Assembly (NCBI GenBank): GCA_963835575.1
Contig: CAWIGG010000002.1
Span: forward strand, 480,001 to 544,000
From: an uncultured Spirochaetota bacterium
GTDB taxonomy: Bacteria; Spirochaetota; Brevinematia; Brevinematales; JAOACQ01
Direction: 5' to 3'
DNA: 64,000 bases
Of the stretch, positions 20,210 to 29,498 are shown one piece after another. Position 1 is the stretch's first letter, and each line of letters begins with the position of its first letter. Both the position numbers and the translations under genes were made by a program. The notes under the pieces were generated by a model. The model was given only the letters and a program-made list of their open reading frames with translations, did no database searches and was not told the origin of the DNA.

Positions 20210-21134
20210 GGAGACGCACCACCGTGCGTCTCTACGGTGATTTTTGCCCATTCGCCTTTGGTTTCCGTTACGGACACACGGTCGTATTTCATCAACTGGT
20301 CAATGTAACCTTTCACGTTCGTGTCGCCCGGCACGGCCAGGACGGCGGGGGCGTTCGAGTCTGAGGCTGACGGCAGGTCTTTATAAATTGGGACATTATT
20401 TGTAATACAGTACATATCCGTACCGGCGTGCGCCGTTGAAAATGCCGCCGTCAGGAGGAGGAATAGGGGGAGGAATAAGGGTTTATTCATAATCATATCC
20501 TCGTGGTTTATTCCATTGTAGAGACGTCCGTTCGGATGTCTCTACACATTATTGATCATCGCCGAACATTTCATCCTTTGCCCAATTCTGGGGGTTATCC
20601 GCAATGTATTTGCGGACCTGATGCAATTCTTTTTCATTACGGATCACACGGTCATGGTAACGGGATTGCCAGATTGTTTCACCTGGTGTATTCCTGGATT
20701 CATTGATCCGTTTCGTCGCCGCGGATTTAAAACCGGCGATAAATGACGATATTGATTTGGGTTTCCGGTTTGCCGCGCCATGTAGAGACGCACGGCCGTG
20801 CGTCTCTACATGCACCGTCGATTCATAATCAACAATTCCGACAACCGCATGAATATGGTTCGGCATAATGATGTTTGAATCACATTCTAATTCTTTGCGT
20901 ATTTTAAATGATTTTAACCATTCATCATGGACAATTTTCCCTATATCCGAAAATACCATTTCCCCTTCCTTAATATCACCAAACAACCATTCCCTGTTTT
21001 TCACGCAAATGGTTATAAAATAATATCCGGGTCCTGAATAATCCCAACCCGGCCGCCTGTTCGATTCAATTCGATATTTATTATTAAATAATGCCATATT
21101 TAATTTACAGGAGACGCACGCCGTGCGTCTCTAC
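20210..21134. repeat. Four GTAG-type REP palindromes (20210-20235, 20518-20545, 20779-20812, 21110-21134)
   Basis: Consensus GTAGAGACGCACGG.CGTGCGTCTC(TAC); 20779-20812 is a perfect 34-bp palindrome. Confidence 0.9.
20549..21097 (-). CDS. REP-associated tyrosine transposase (RAYT, Y1 HUH)
   Basis: R.PGWDYS.PGYYFITIC, MPNHIH (HUH), WQSRYHDRVIR, YIADNP; flanked by GTAG palindromes. Confidence 0.92.
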   Translation of the reverse strand: MALFNNKYRIESNRRPGWDYSGPGYYFITICVKNREWLFGDIKEGEMVFSDIGKIVHDEWLKSFKIRKELECDSNIIMPNHIHAVVGIVDYESTVHVETHGRASLHGAANRKPKSISSFIAGFKSAATKRINESRNTPGETIWQSRYHDRVIRNEKELHQVRKYIADNPQNWAKDEMFGDDQ

Positions 21135-21440
21135 GTTTCTTTTCCCCCGTTTCCGTGTTTGTGGTCTTCGTCCCTCTCCGTGCCCTCCGCAATCTCTGTG
21201 GTTTATTTCTAACGTACTATTATAAAGAGGCATCGAATGCCTGACAATAAACCATCGCCAATTCACCAGACACCCAAAATTTACCCAGTTCCCCGCACCC
21301 TGGTTCCTCTTCGTGCCTTCCCGTCTTGTTAATCCCATTCGCGTTTATTCGCGTGCATTCGCGGGCAACCCTTCGTGGTCCTTGGTGCTCTTGGTGTCTT
21401 TGTGTTTAAAATTTATCTAATCTATTACCATTAGGCAATC

Positions 21441-22673
21441 TTATTTATCCAATAAATCCACTGTCAGATTTTTCAAACCCATCCCCGCCGGATTAAAATC
21501 AAACCGAATCATCTCGGGTGGATTCACCCTGGCCAGCCGGATTTCCTTCAGCATTTCCTTATCGGATGACAGACGCAGTATCTTGTCTTTTCCCGGTTCT
21601 TTCACACGCATAGAGAACATGACCTCCCTTTCGCCGCTCACAAAAGAAGGCAGGACATAGCGGATGCCTCCGCTCCACGTTACTGGTTTTGAGGCTTTGA
21701 CGCTTTTTCCCAGAATATATTCCGCGGCTGCCTTTCCAACCGCTTCCGCTTCCCATGAAACATTGTCCACAAGGTCGTGGACATGGAGCACATTACCGCA
21801 GGCGAAAATTCCCGGTATTGAGGTTTGGCCCGTTTCGTCGACACTGGGGCCGAGCGTGAAGGGATTGATCGCAGCGCCGGCGTTCCTGGAAATCTCGTTT
21901 TCGGGAATAAGCCCGACAGAGAGAAGGACTGTATCGCAGTCAATCTTTTCGGCGCTGCCGGCTATGGGATTCCCGTTTTTACCCAGCCTGGCTATTGTGA
22001 CGGATTGAAGCCTGCCGGTCCCTTCGGTTTTTACGATCGTATGGCCGAGGAGGAGCGGTATATTGAAATCGTCGAGGCACTGCCTCAGATTTCTCGGCAG
22101 GCCCCCGGCAAAGGGAAGCTTTTCGACAACGACCTTTACCTTTGCCCCTTCCAGAGTGAGTCTCCGCGCCATGATAAGACCGATATCGCCTGAGCCGAGG
22201 ATGACGATATTCCTGCCGGGCATGATGTTCTGAAGGTTGATCAGCCTCTGCGCCACGCCGGCCGTATAGATGCCGGCCGGCCTCGAGCCCGGTATCGCCA
22301 GGGCGCCGAAGGCCCTTTCCCGGCAGCCCATTGCGAGGACCACGGCCTCCGCTTTTATTTTTTCCATTCCATGCCGGCTGTATATTGACAGCGTCCTGTC
22401 TTCCGTCAGCTTCATGACGCTCGAGTTCAGAAGCACCGGTATCCCGGTTTTTTTTATTTCACCGCTGTAAAGGCTTGAATATTCCGGTCCTGTTAAAGAT
22501 TTATTGAATTTCAAAAGGCCGAAGCCGTCGTGGATGCACTGGGGCAGGATTCCGCCCAGCCGGCTGTCCCTTTCGATGAGGACGATGTCTTCGATGCCGT
22601 TCTCTTTAAGCGAGAGCGCCGCAGCCATTCCGGCCGGCCCTCCGCCGATAACCGCCGCCTGTTTATAGACCAT
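21441..22673 (-). CDS. NAD(P)/FAD-dependent oxidoreductase (partner of GlpA-like dehydrogenase)
   Basis: GGGPAGMAAA, GGILPQCIHDGFG, MGCRER, GSGDIGLIMARR, CGNVLHVHDLVD. Confidence 0.9.
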   Translation of the reverse strand: MVYKQAAVIGGGPAGMAAALSLKENGIEDIVLIERDSRLGGILPQCIHDGFGLLKFNKSLTGPEYSSLYSGEIKKTGIPVLLNSSVMKLTEDRTLSIYSRHGMEKIKAEAVVLAMGCRERAFGALAIPGSRPAGIYTAGVAQRLINLQNIMPGRNIVILGSGDIGLIMARRLTLEGAKVKVVVEKLPFAGGLPRNLRQCLDDFNIPLLLGHTIVKTEGTGRLQSVTIARLGKNGNPIAGSAEKIDCDTVLLSVGLIPENEISRNAGAAINPFTLGPSVDETGQTSIPGIFACGNVLHVHDLVDNVSWEAEAVGKAAAEYILGKSVKASKPVTWSGGIRYVLPSFVSGEREVMFSMRVKEPGKDKILRLSSDKEMLKEIRLARVNPPEMIRFDFNPAGMGLKNLTVDLLDK

Positions 22674-22674
22674 A

Positions 22675-24135
22675 TTACTTGACCCTCCCCGTGAAGAGAT
22701 GAGAGCCTTTGCCTGCGAAGCTCATTTTGCCGGGAGGGATGCCGTACCTGTTTTCCAGGAGAGAGACAATTCTTGTGGTGCAGAAGCCGCCCTGACAGCG
22801 GCCGGTTGTGGCGCGGGTCCGGTTTTTTATGGACTTGAGTGTTGTGGCTCCGAACGGGTTTTCCAGGGCGGACAAGATATCCCGTTTTGTGACATGCTCG
22901 CATCGGCAGATCACTTCCCCCGAATCCGGATCTTCTTTAATTAAACGGGACTGTTCTTCCTCATTCATGGAAGATAAGGGTCTTCTCAGTTTATGAATAT
23001 GACAGGAAGTTTTCTTTTTGAAAGTTTCTTTCCGTGTCACTAAACCCGCCGTCATTTCGGCGATGGCCGGAGCGCTGGTCAGACCGGGCGATTCTATGCC
23101 GATGAGGTGGAACAGGTTTTCGTTTTTGTCTGATTCTTTTATAACGAAATCGTCAAAGCCGCCCTTTTTCTTTCCAGCCAGTTTCGGCCGCATTCCGGAA
23201 AAGGAGCGGATGACGGCGCTTTTTTCAAGAAGGGGCAGGAGCGATTCTGCCTCTTTCCAGAGCTTTTTCATGACCGGCGACGTTGTGGAGTAGTCCAGGC
23301 GCATTCTGACATATTCGGAGCTCGGGCCGATGAGGATATTGCCGTCGACGGTTGTCGTGAGGTGGACGCCCAGCCCCCCCTCGCCCGGCCTGGGCACGGG
23401 ATAGACAGGTCTTCCCAGAAGGGCGGATGTGTTTTTATCCAGGACAAAGTATTCGCCCCGGCATGGATAAATACGCCAGCCTGTATCGCCGGCAAGGGCG
23501 GCGATTTTATCGGAATTAAGCCCGGCGCAGTTGATGACATATTTTGATTCAAATGAAGGCTTCTTTTCATGATCGACTGAAATTTCATAAAGCCCGCGCC
23601 GTCGTTTGATTTTCGTGACCGGCGATTCAAAGAAAAAGGACGTCCCGTTCAGATGAGCGTTTTCCGCCAGTGCGATCGTGAGCTGTATGGGATTAGTGAC
23701 CGCCGTCCATGGCGAATAAAGCGCCGCTATTCCGGAAACGTTCGGCTCCAGCTCTTTTATTCTTCTGCTGTCGATGATCTCGAGGCCCAGAACCCCGTTT
23801 TTCTCGCCGGCCTCTTTGAGTTTCAAAAGGCCGGGCATATCGCTTTCAGACAGGGCCGTGACGAGCTTGCCTGTTTTTTTATAGAGGACCCCTAGTTCGC
23901 CGCAGAAGCTTTCAAATTTCCTGCAGCTTTCGGTGCAGAGCCCGGCTTTAAGTGTTCCCGGCTCGCAGTTGAAGCCGGCATGCACGACCCCGCTGTTGCG
24001 GGAGCTGGTGGCGTAACCGGCATCGCATTCTTTCTCGAGCACGGCGATGCTGGCTTCATATCTGGAAAGTTCCCCGGCTATGGCGCAGCCTATGACGCCT
24101 GCGCCTATGATGATGATGTCATATTGGTGCGGCAA
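22675..24135 (-). CDS. FAD-dependent oxidoreductase with C-terminal BFD-like [2Fe-2S] domain (glycerol-3-phosphate dehydrogenase-like)
   Basis: GAGVIG, SSRNSGVVHAG, RGEY, GIESPGLTSAPA, ICRCEHVT...GRCQGGFC. Confidence 0.88.
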   Translation of the reverse strand: MPHQYDIIIIGAGVIGCAIAGELSRYEASIAVLEKECDAGYATSSRNSGVVHAGFNCEPGTLKAGLCTESCRKFESFCGELGVLYKKTGKLVTALSESDMPGLLKLKEAGEKNGVLGLEIIDSRRIKELEPNVSGIAALYSPWTAVTNPIQLTIALAENAHLNGTSFFFESPVTKIKRRRGLYEISVDHEKKPSFESKYVINCAGLNSDKIAALAGDTGWRIYPCRGEYFVLDKNTSALLGRPVYPVPRPGEGGLGVHLTTTVDGNILIGPSSEYVRMRLDYSTTSPVMKKLWKEAESLLPLLEKSAVIRSFSGMRPKLAGKKKGGFDDFVIKESDKNENLFHLIGIESPGLTSAPAIAEMTAGLVTRKETFKKKTSCHIHKLRRPLSSMNEEEQSRLIKEDPDSGEVICRCEHVTKRDILSALENPFGATTLKSIKNRTRATTGRCQGGFCTTRIVSLLENRYGIPPGKMSFAGKGSHLFTGRVK

Positions 24136-24240
24136 GAGAATATCCTTCAGTAGATTTTATCAGTATTTTACTGAAGGCATCAGGATTAATCAAGAAAGTA
24201 AATATACTATGAATGGTATAAAAGGACAAAGAGGTGCGGA

Positions 24241-24456
24241 TAATCCGCTAATCCACGCGAATGAACGCGAATCAGGTATATTGTGAAACACGAAGAATGA
24301 AAGGCTGATAGGAGTTCTGAGACTTGCTGCAAAATGACAAGAAAAATAATGAATTAGGAATGAATGAAATAAAAAAAATAAGGACATGGGTTATACTTAT
24401 AAACTTTTAGTAAGTTTAAAAAAACATTGGCGTGCCTTAGCGTGGCTTCGCGGAAG
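24241..24456. repeat. Family A inverted arm pair, opposite orientation to 11021-11107
   Basis: taatccgctaatccacgcgaatgaacgcgaat (24241-24272) and attggcgtgccttagcgtggcttcgcggaag (24426-24456). Confidence 0.8.
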
Positions 24457-24510
24457 CCCAATAAATTAATCAAGAATCGGGAAAAACGGACAGGCATTGA
24501 AAGATAAAAG

Positions 24511-24539
24511 TTGAAAGTTTGCATGGGTTGGCTTAAAAT
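24511..24539 (+). promoter_or_regulatory. Sigma70-type promoter of leuS
   Basis: TTGAAA-N17-TAAAAT upstream of the AAGGAG RBS. Confidence 0.45.
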
Positions 24540-24582
24540 ATTATCTCATTGATGGAAAAGGACAAGAGAAGGAGATGATTAA

Positions 24583-27384
24583 ATGGAAAGATCATACGAT
24601 TTTCTGGCGATCGAAAAAAAATGGAGGGAATACTGGGATAAAGAGAAAACTTTTAAAGTGACCGAGGATGCCGGGTTCCCCGAGGATAAAAGGCTCTATG
24701 TCCTGGATATGTTTCCCTATCCCTCCGGTTCCGGCCTCCACGTCGGCCATCCGGAAGGGTATACCGCGACGGATATCTACACGCGTTTTAAGAAAATGAA
24801 CGGTTTCAATGTTCTCCATCCGATGGGCTTCGACTCCTTCGGCCTTCCGGCGGAGAATTACGCCATCCAGACGGGGAAGCATCCCGCGGAAATAACTTAT
24901 CAAAATATAGACCACTTCAGAGTCCAGATCAAGACTCTGGGTTTCTGCTATGACTGGGACAGGGAAGTCGCGACAAGCGACGCTGAATACTATAAATGGA
25001 CGCAGTGGATTTTCCTCCAGCTCTTTAATAAAGGGCTGGCCTACGAAGCGGAAATGCCGATCAACTGGTGCCCCCAGTGCGGTACGGGCCTGGCCAATGA
25101 GGAAGTCAAGGACGGAAAGTGCGACCGCTGCGGCACTCCTATAGAAAGGAAGAGGATCCGCCAGTGGGTGCTCAAGATCACGGCCTACGCTGAAAGGCTT
25201 TTAAAGGACCTGGATCTTCTCGACTGGAACGAGTCGATTAAGCTGATGCAGGAGAACTGGATCGGAAAAAGCGAGGGCGCGGAAGTCAATTTCAGGGTAG
25301 ACGGGAGCGGCGATCTGATCCGTGTTTATACCACACGGCCGGACACTCTTTTCGGCGCCACATATATGGTCCTCGCGCCGGAACACCCTCTTGTAGAAAA
25401 GATAACGGCGCCGGACGGCGCCGGCGATGTGGAAAAGTATATCGATAAAACAGTCGGCAAATCGGAGCTTCAGAGGACGGAGCTTAATAAGGAAAAAACA
25501 GGCGTCTTTACCGGCGCCTACGCGATAAACCCTGTGAACGGAAATAAAATCCCCATCTGGATCGCGGATTACGTTCTGTGGGGATACGGCACCGGGGCCA
25601 TTATGGCCGTGCCGGCGCATGACGAACGCGACTTTGAGTTCGCGAATAAATTCGACTTGCCGATTATACGGGTCATTCACAAAAAGGATGCCGATTATCT
25701 GAGCTTTATAATGGGGGCCGACTCTATCAGTGAAGATGATTTGAAGAATTCCGGGGCGGAAATACTTGAAAAGAAAAATGGCGGGTTATACTGGGTGAAA
25801 ATCCGGAAGGAAAAACTGGCTGTATTTAAAGATCTTATCCGGAATCTGTTGAAACCGGGTTTCTTTAATGAAATCGTCGGAGAAGAAATATGGTTTTTAT
25901 TTAAAACCAGAGACGGCATCAATAAGGAATATATTTTAAATCTTGAAAATGAGAAGGAAATCAATCAATTGGCCAAGCAGTTTAATAAGGGCATTCCGTC
26001 GCAGAAGACTGTCTGGACATGGCTGGCGCAGAATTCTTTTTATTTCAGCAGTATCATTCACCCTGATTCCGGCGTTATGGAAAATTCAGGTCAGTATGAT
26101 AAAATGGATTCGGAAAAATTCAAGGAAATAATTACAAAATGGCTTGAAGATAAAAAAATAGGCCAGAAGCAGGTTAATTACAAACTGCGCGACTGGGTTT
26201 TCTCGCGCCAGCGCTACTGGGGCGAACCGATTCCCGTCGTCCATTGCGAAAAGGACGGGATCGTTCCGCTTGACGAGAAAGACCTGCCTCTGATCCTGCC
26301 GGACGTCAAGAGCTATAAGCCGACGGGAACGGGCGAATCCCCGCTGGCCGCGATCACGGAGTGGGTGAACACAAAGTGTCCGAAGTGCGGAGGAAAAGCC
26401 AAGCGCGAGACAAACACGATGCCCCAATGGGCTGGAAGCTGCTGGTATTATATCCGGTTTACCGACCCGAATAACGATAAAGCCCCGGCCGAAAGGAAAA
26501 ATATAGATTACTGGCTGCCTGTCGACCTGTACATCGGCGGAGCGGAGCATGCCGTCCTGCACCTTCTGTACGCCCGGTTCTGGCATAAATTTCTCTATGA
26601 TATCGGCGTTGTCAATTCGCCCGAGCCGTTTATGAAGCTCCGGAACCAGGGAATGATTCTCGGCGAGAACGGCGATAAGATGTCGAAATCCAGGGGAAAT
26701 GTGGTGAACCCGGACAACGTTGTTCAGGAATACGGAGCCGACACGCTGAGGATTTATGAAATGTTCCTCGGGCCGCTGGCCGCCGATAAGCCATGGAACA
26801 CCCAGAGCATCATAGGCATCAAGCGCTTCCTGGACAAGGTCTGGCGCCTTTTCGAGAAGCCTCTGGATGAAAAGGCCGCTGTTCCCGATGAGCTGAATAG
26901 GCTGCGGCATAAAACAGTCAAGATCGTGACAGAAAAGATTGATTCCCTCGAATTCAACACAGCCGTCAGCCAGATGATGATTTTCTTGAACGCGCTTCAG
27001 AAGGAAGAGAAACTGAATAAAGATATGATGAGGGATTTTATTAAAATCCTCCATCCCTTTGCGCCTTTTGTAACGGAGGAAATGTGGGAAATGCTGGGTG
27101 AAAAGCCGTCGGTGCTGTTCTCAAAATGGCCGGTATATGATGAAATGCTGATAATAGAAGAAGTATCTGAAGTAGCTATCCAAGAAAATGGAAAGTTAAG
27201 AGGAACGATTCCGATGCCAAAAGATACAACTCAAGAAGATATGATTAATATAGTAAAAAATAATGAAAAAATGCAAAATATTTTTAAGGATAAAAATATC
27301 GTTAAGTATATACCTATACAAGGAAAAGTTGTTAATGTTGTTACGGTAACAAGATCTGTAACGTTTAATGTTGATAAAAAATAG
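24583..27384 (+). CDS. leuS: Leucine--tRNA ligase with an inserted domain
   Basis: [46 protein letters not shown]. Confidence 0.97.
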   Translation: MERSYDFLAIEKKWREYWDKEKTFKVTEDAGFPEDKRLYVLDMFPYPSGSGLHVGHPEGYTATDIYTRFKKMNGFNVLHPMGFDSFGLPAENYAIQTGKHPAEITYQNIDHFRVQIKTLGFCYDWDREVATSDAEYYKWTQWIFLQLFNKGLAYEAEMPINWCPQCGTGLANEEVKDGKCDRCGTPIERKRIRQWVLKITAYAERLLKDLDLLDWNESIKLMQENWIGKSEGAEVNFRVDGSGDLIRVYTTRPDTLFGATYMVLAPEHPLVEKITAPDGAGDVEKYIDKTVGKSELQRTELNKEKTGVFTGAYAINPVNGNKIPIWIADYVLWGYGTGAIMAVPAHDERDFEFANKFDLPIIRVIHKKDADYLSFIMGADSISEDDLKNSGAEILEKKNGGLYWVKIRKEKLAVFKDLIRNLLKPGFFNEIVGEEIWFLFKTRDGINKEYILNLENEKEINQLAKQFNKGIPSQKTVWTWLAQNSFYFSSIIHPDSGVMENSGQYDKMDSEKFKEIITKWLEDKKIGQKQVNYKLRDWVFSRQRYWGEPIPVVHCEKDGIVPLDEKDLPLILPDVKSYKPTGTGESPLAAITEWVNTKCPKCGGKAKRETNTMPQWAGSCWYYIRFTDPNNDKAPAERKNIDYWLPVDLYIGGAEHAVLHLLYARFWHKFLYDIGVVNSPEPFMKLRNQGMILGENGDKMSKSRGNVVNPDNVVQEYGADTLRIYEMFLGPLAADKPWNTQSIIGIKRFLDKVWRLFEKPLDEKAAVPDELNRLRHKTVKIVTEKIDSLEFNTAVSQMMIFLNALQKEEKLNKDMMRDFIKILHPFAPFVTEEMWEMLGEKPSVLFSKWPVYDEMLIIEEVSEVAIQENGKLRGTIPMPKDTTQEDMINIVKNNEKMQNIFKDKNIVKYIPIQGKVVNVVTVTRSVTFNVDKK

Positions 27385-27438
27385 AAGGTGTTTTAAGTTT
27401 TGGATTTAAATAAAATCAAATTGGAAATTTATATTTTT

Positions 27439-27470
27439 ATTAGCGTGCTTTCGCGTGGCTTCGCGGAAGA
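27439..27470 (-). repeat. Solo family A arm
   Basis: attagcgtgctttcgcgtggcttcgcggaaga is close to 24426-24456. Confidence 0.75.
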
Positions 27471-27663
27471 TTTAAACAGTCATCAGTTATTCTTTGCATA
27501 AATAATGCTCTTCAGCCTGTTAAAAAAATATTTGAAATTTGACTTCTCTTTTATTAAAATGCTATTATAATAATAAAGCTGGAAATAAAAAAAACTGGGT
27601 AAATAATTATAACAATCTTGAGCATTGAAATTAATAAATGAATTTAATTTGGGGAGAGTCGTT

Positions 27664-28584
27664 ATGAATGAAACCAATCATTCCACCCAGCTTTCCCGGC
27701 TTCTGAAAAGCAGCCAGCCGCAGTATATCCTGAACGAAGTCAAAAGGATCTTTCTCTTTTCATATTCCAGCCATTTATTCTCAAGCGTTATGGGTAATTT
27801 TAAACATATTGTCAGTCTTTTTACCGGGAAATTCCCGGGCTATCAGAAATGCAATACCGAATACCATAACCTGGGGCACACACTGGACGCCCTGCTGGCC
27901 GCCGCGCGTTTGATAGACGGCTATAATATTTCGGGCAGTAAAATGGATGAAAATCTCGCGGTTAACCTTTTACTGGCCGCTCTTTTTCATGATACAGGAT
28001 ATATCCAGGAATCATGGGATATGGAAGGGACGGGCGCGAAGTATACTAAAATCCATGTGGAAAGAAGTATGACTTTTATTCAGAAAAACAACGCGCGGCT
28101 GGGGTTAAGCCTAAATGACGCGGAAATCATATCGAAGATCATTTCCTGTACCGGACTGCAGGTGAACTGGAAAGAAATCAGTTTTAAAAACCATGAAGAG
28201 GAGGTCGCCGGGGCAATACTTGGCACAGCCGATCTTCTGGGACAGATGGCGGACCGGTTGTACCTTGAAAAACTTTTATTCCTTTATTATGAATTCAGGG
28301 AAGCGGGAATACAGGGCTATGATACTGAGTATGATATTATAAAGAAAACCGTCGGTTTTTATGAAATAACAATGGATAAGTTTAAAGAAAACCTGATGAA
28401 TGTTTATGAATACGCTCAAGCCCATTTTAAGGAAAGGTTCGGAATTGACAGGAACCTCTATATCGATTCGATTCAGAAGCATATCGCTTATCTGAATAAA
28501 ATCATCGAAGATCATACGACAAATTTCAGAAAGAAGCTTAAACGTAAAAGCGAGTATATTCTTTCTTCCGCCGAGGCGCATTGA
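27664..28584 (+). CDS. HD-domain metal-dependent phosphohydrolase
   Basis: YHNLGHT, ALFHDTGY, HVERS, ADLLGQ. Confidence 0.85.
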   Translation: MNETNHSTQLSRLLKSSQPQYILNEVKRIFLFSYSSHLFSSVMGNFKHIVSLFTGKFPGYQKCNTEYHNLGHTLDALLAAARLIDGYNISGSKMDENLAVNLLLAALFHDTGYIQESWDMEGTGAKYTKIHVERSMTFIQKNNARLGLSLNDAEIISKIISCTGLQVNWKEISFKNHEEEVAGAILGTADLLGQMADRLYLEKLLFLYYEFREAGIQGYDTEYDIIKKTVGFYEITMDKFKENLMNVYEYAQAHFKERFGIDRNLYIDSIQKHIAYLNKIIEDHTTNFRKKLKRKSEYILSSAEAH

Positions 28585-28589
28585 TTTAA

Positions 28590-28733
28590 TTCGCCGCAAA
28601 GCGATGCACTGAGCGATAGTCGAAGTGTTCGCAGAGTATTATTATAGTTATTTATAAATATAAGAGTTATATTTTATTTCCTTTGCGTTCGGCGCCTGTC
28701 CCGAGTCCAATCGAGGGACGTCTATGCGGTGAA
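28590..28733. repeat. Inverted CCGCA(A/G)AG-type arm pair, each arm interrupted by a GAG/CGAA mini-hairpin
   Basis: ttcgccgcaaag...[cactgagcgatagtcgaagtg]..cgcagag and ctttgcg...[gcctgtcccgagtccaatcgaggga]..ctatgcggtgaa. Confidence 0.6.
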
Positions 28734-28982
28734 AAAACGGTATTTTTTGAATCAAATGATTTCAGTAAACAGGGTTTTTAACCCCGCTTTTTTATTAATA
28801 TGCCGGGCCGCCTTTCCCTTTCGGCACATTATCGCTGAAAAGCACTTCATATGGCTTCCAATTTAAAATATCCCCTTATAGTATGTTTTGGCTTTTAATT
28901 TAGTATGTTAAAAAAAATTTGCCGTTTATCATTGTATTGAGTAGCTTTTTTAATATGTTATTTAGTATTAAGGAGGTCATTT

Positions 28983-29375
28983 ATGGCAAAACTCGGCGAT
29001 TATATGAAGACTGAGGATTTCAAAAAAGAGAAGCATGTCCCTGTTATTGAAATCGGTCCGAACGCCGCTGCCGGAACGCCTTTTAATGTTACGGTAACCG
29101 TAGGCAAGGAAATACCGCATCCCAACTCAACAGAGCATTTTATTTCATGGATCAAGCTCTATTTTATGCCGGACGGCGGTAAGTTTATTTATGAAATTGG
29201 AACGAATTATTTCAGCACTCATGGCGCTTCGGCGGACGGACCGAATAAAGGCCCGGTCTATGCGAATTCCATGACGGTTTTTAATGTGAAACTGGATGTT
29301 CCTGGTAAATTAATAGCGGAAAGCTGCTGCAATATCCATGGTTTGTGGGAAAGCAGTCTGGACGTTAAATTTTAG
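28983..29375 (+). CDS. Superoxide reductase (neelaredoxin / class II SOR)
   Basis: EKHVPVIE, HPNSTEHFISWI, CNIHGLWE. Confidence 0.93.
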   Translation: MAKLGDYMKTEDFKKEKHVPVIEIGPNAAAGTPFNVTVTVGKEIPHPNSTEHFISWIKLYFMPDGGKFIYEIGTNYFSTHGASADGPNKGPVYANSMTVFNVKLDVPGKLIAESCCNIHGLWESSLDVKF

Positions 29376-29498
29376 TATAAGCATTTTATTCACTAAAAAT
29401 TTATCCGGGAAAAATTGCTGTTGACGCTCATATTCAAAAATAAGTTTTTTGTATTATTATGAAAAAGATAGTTTTATGTAATGAAAAAGGAGACGCAT

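Larger units (their letters stand above)
15651..20496 (-). pseudogene. Secreted SH3-domain protein gene (~590 codons) disrupted by two IS elements and a frameshift
   Basis: Removing the IS at 15893-17658 plus one target copy joins ORF 17648-18193 in frame to a stop at 15651; removing IS5 joins ORF 19558-20496 to it apart from one extra A in the A6 run at 18246-18251; SH3b-like GEWAKI...GWV. Confidence 0.8.
15455..21408. mobile_element. Putative composite insertion bounded by 38-bp inverted 9-nt-period arms
   Basis: 15455-15492 and the reverse complement of 21371-21408 match 32/38 nt; the region separates DUF1667 from its operon partners. Confidence 0.55.

Noticed and set aside
25681..26060. 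Intein in leuS
   Set aside because: No Cys/Ser start, His-Asn end or LAGLIDADG motifs
26086..27054. 322-aa antisense ORF, and similar antisense ORFs over dnaN, nadB, guaB and the MCP
   Set aside because: Shadow frames of well-supported genes with no recognisable motifs
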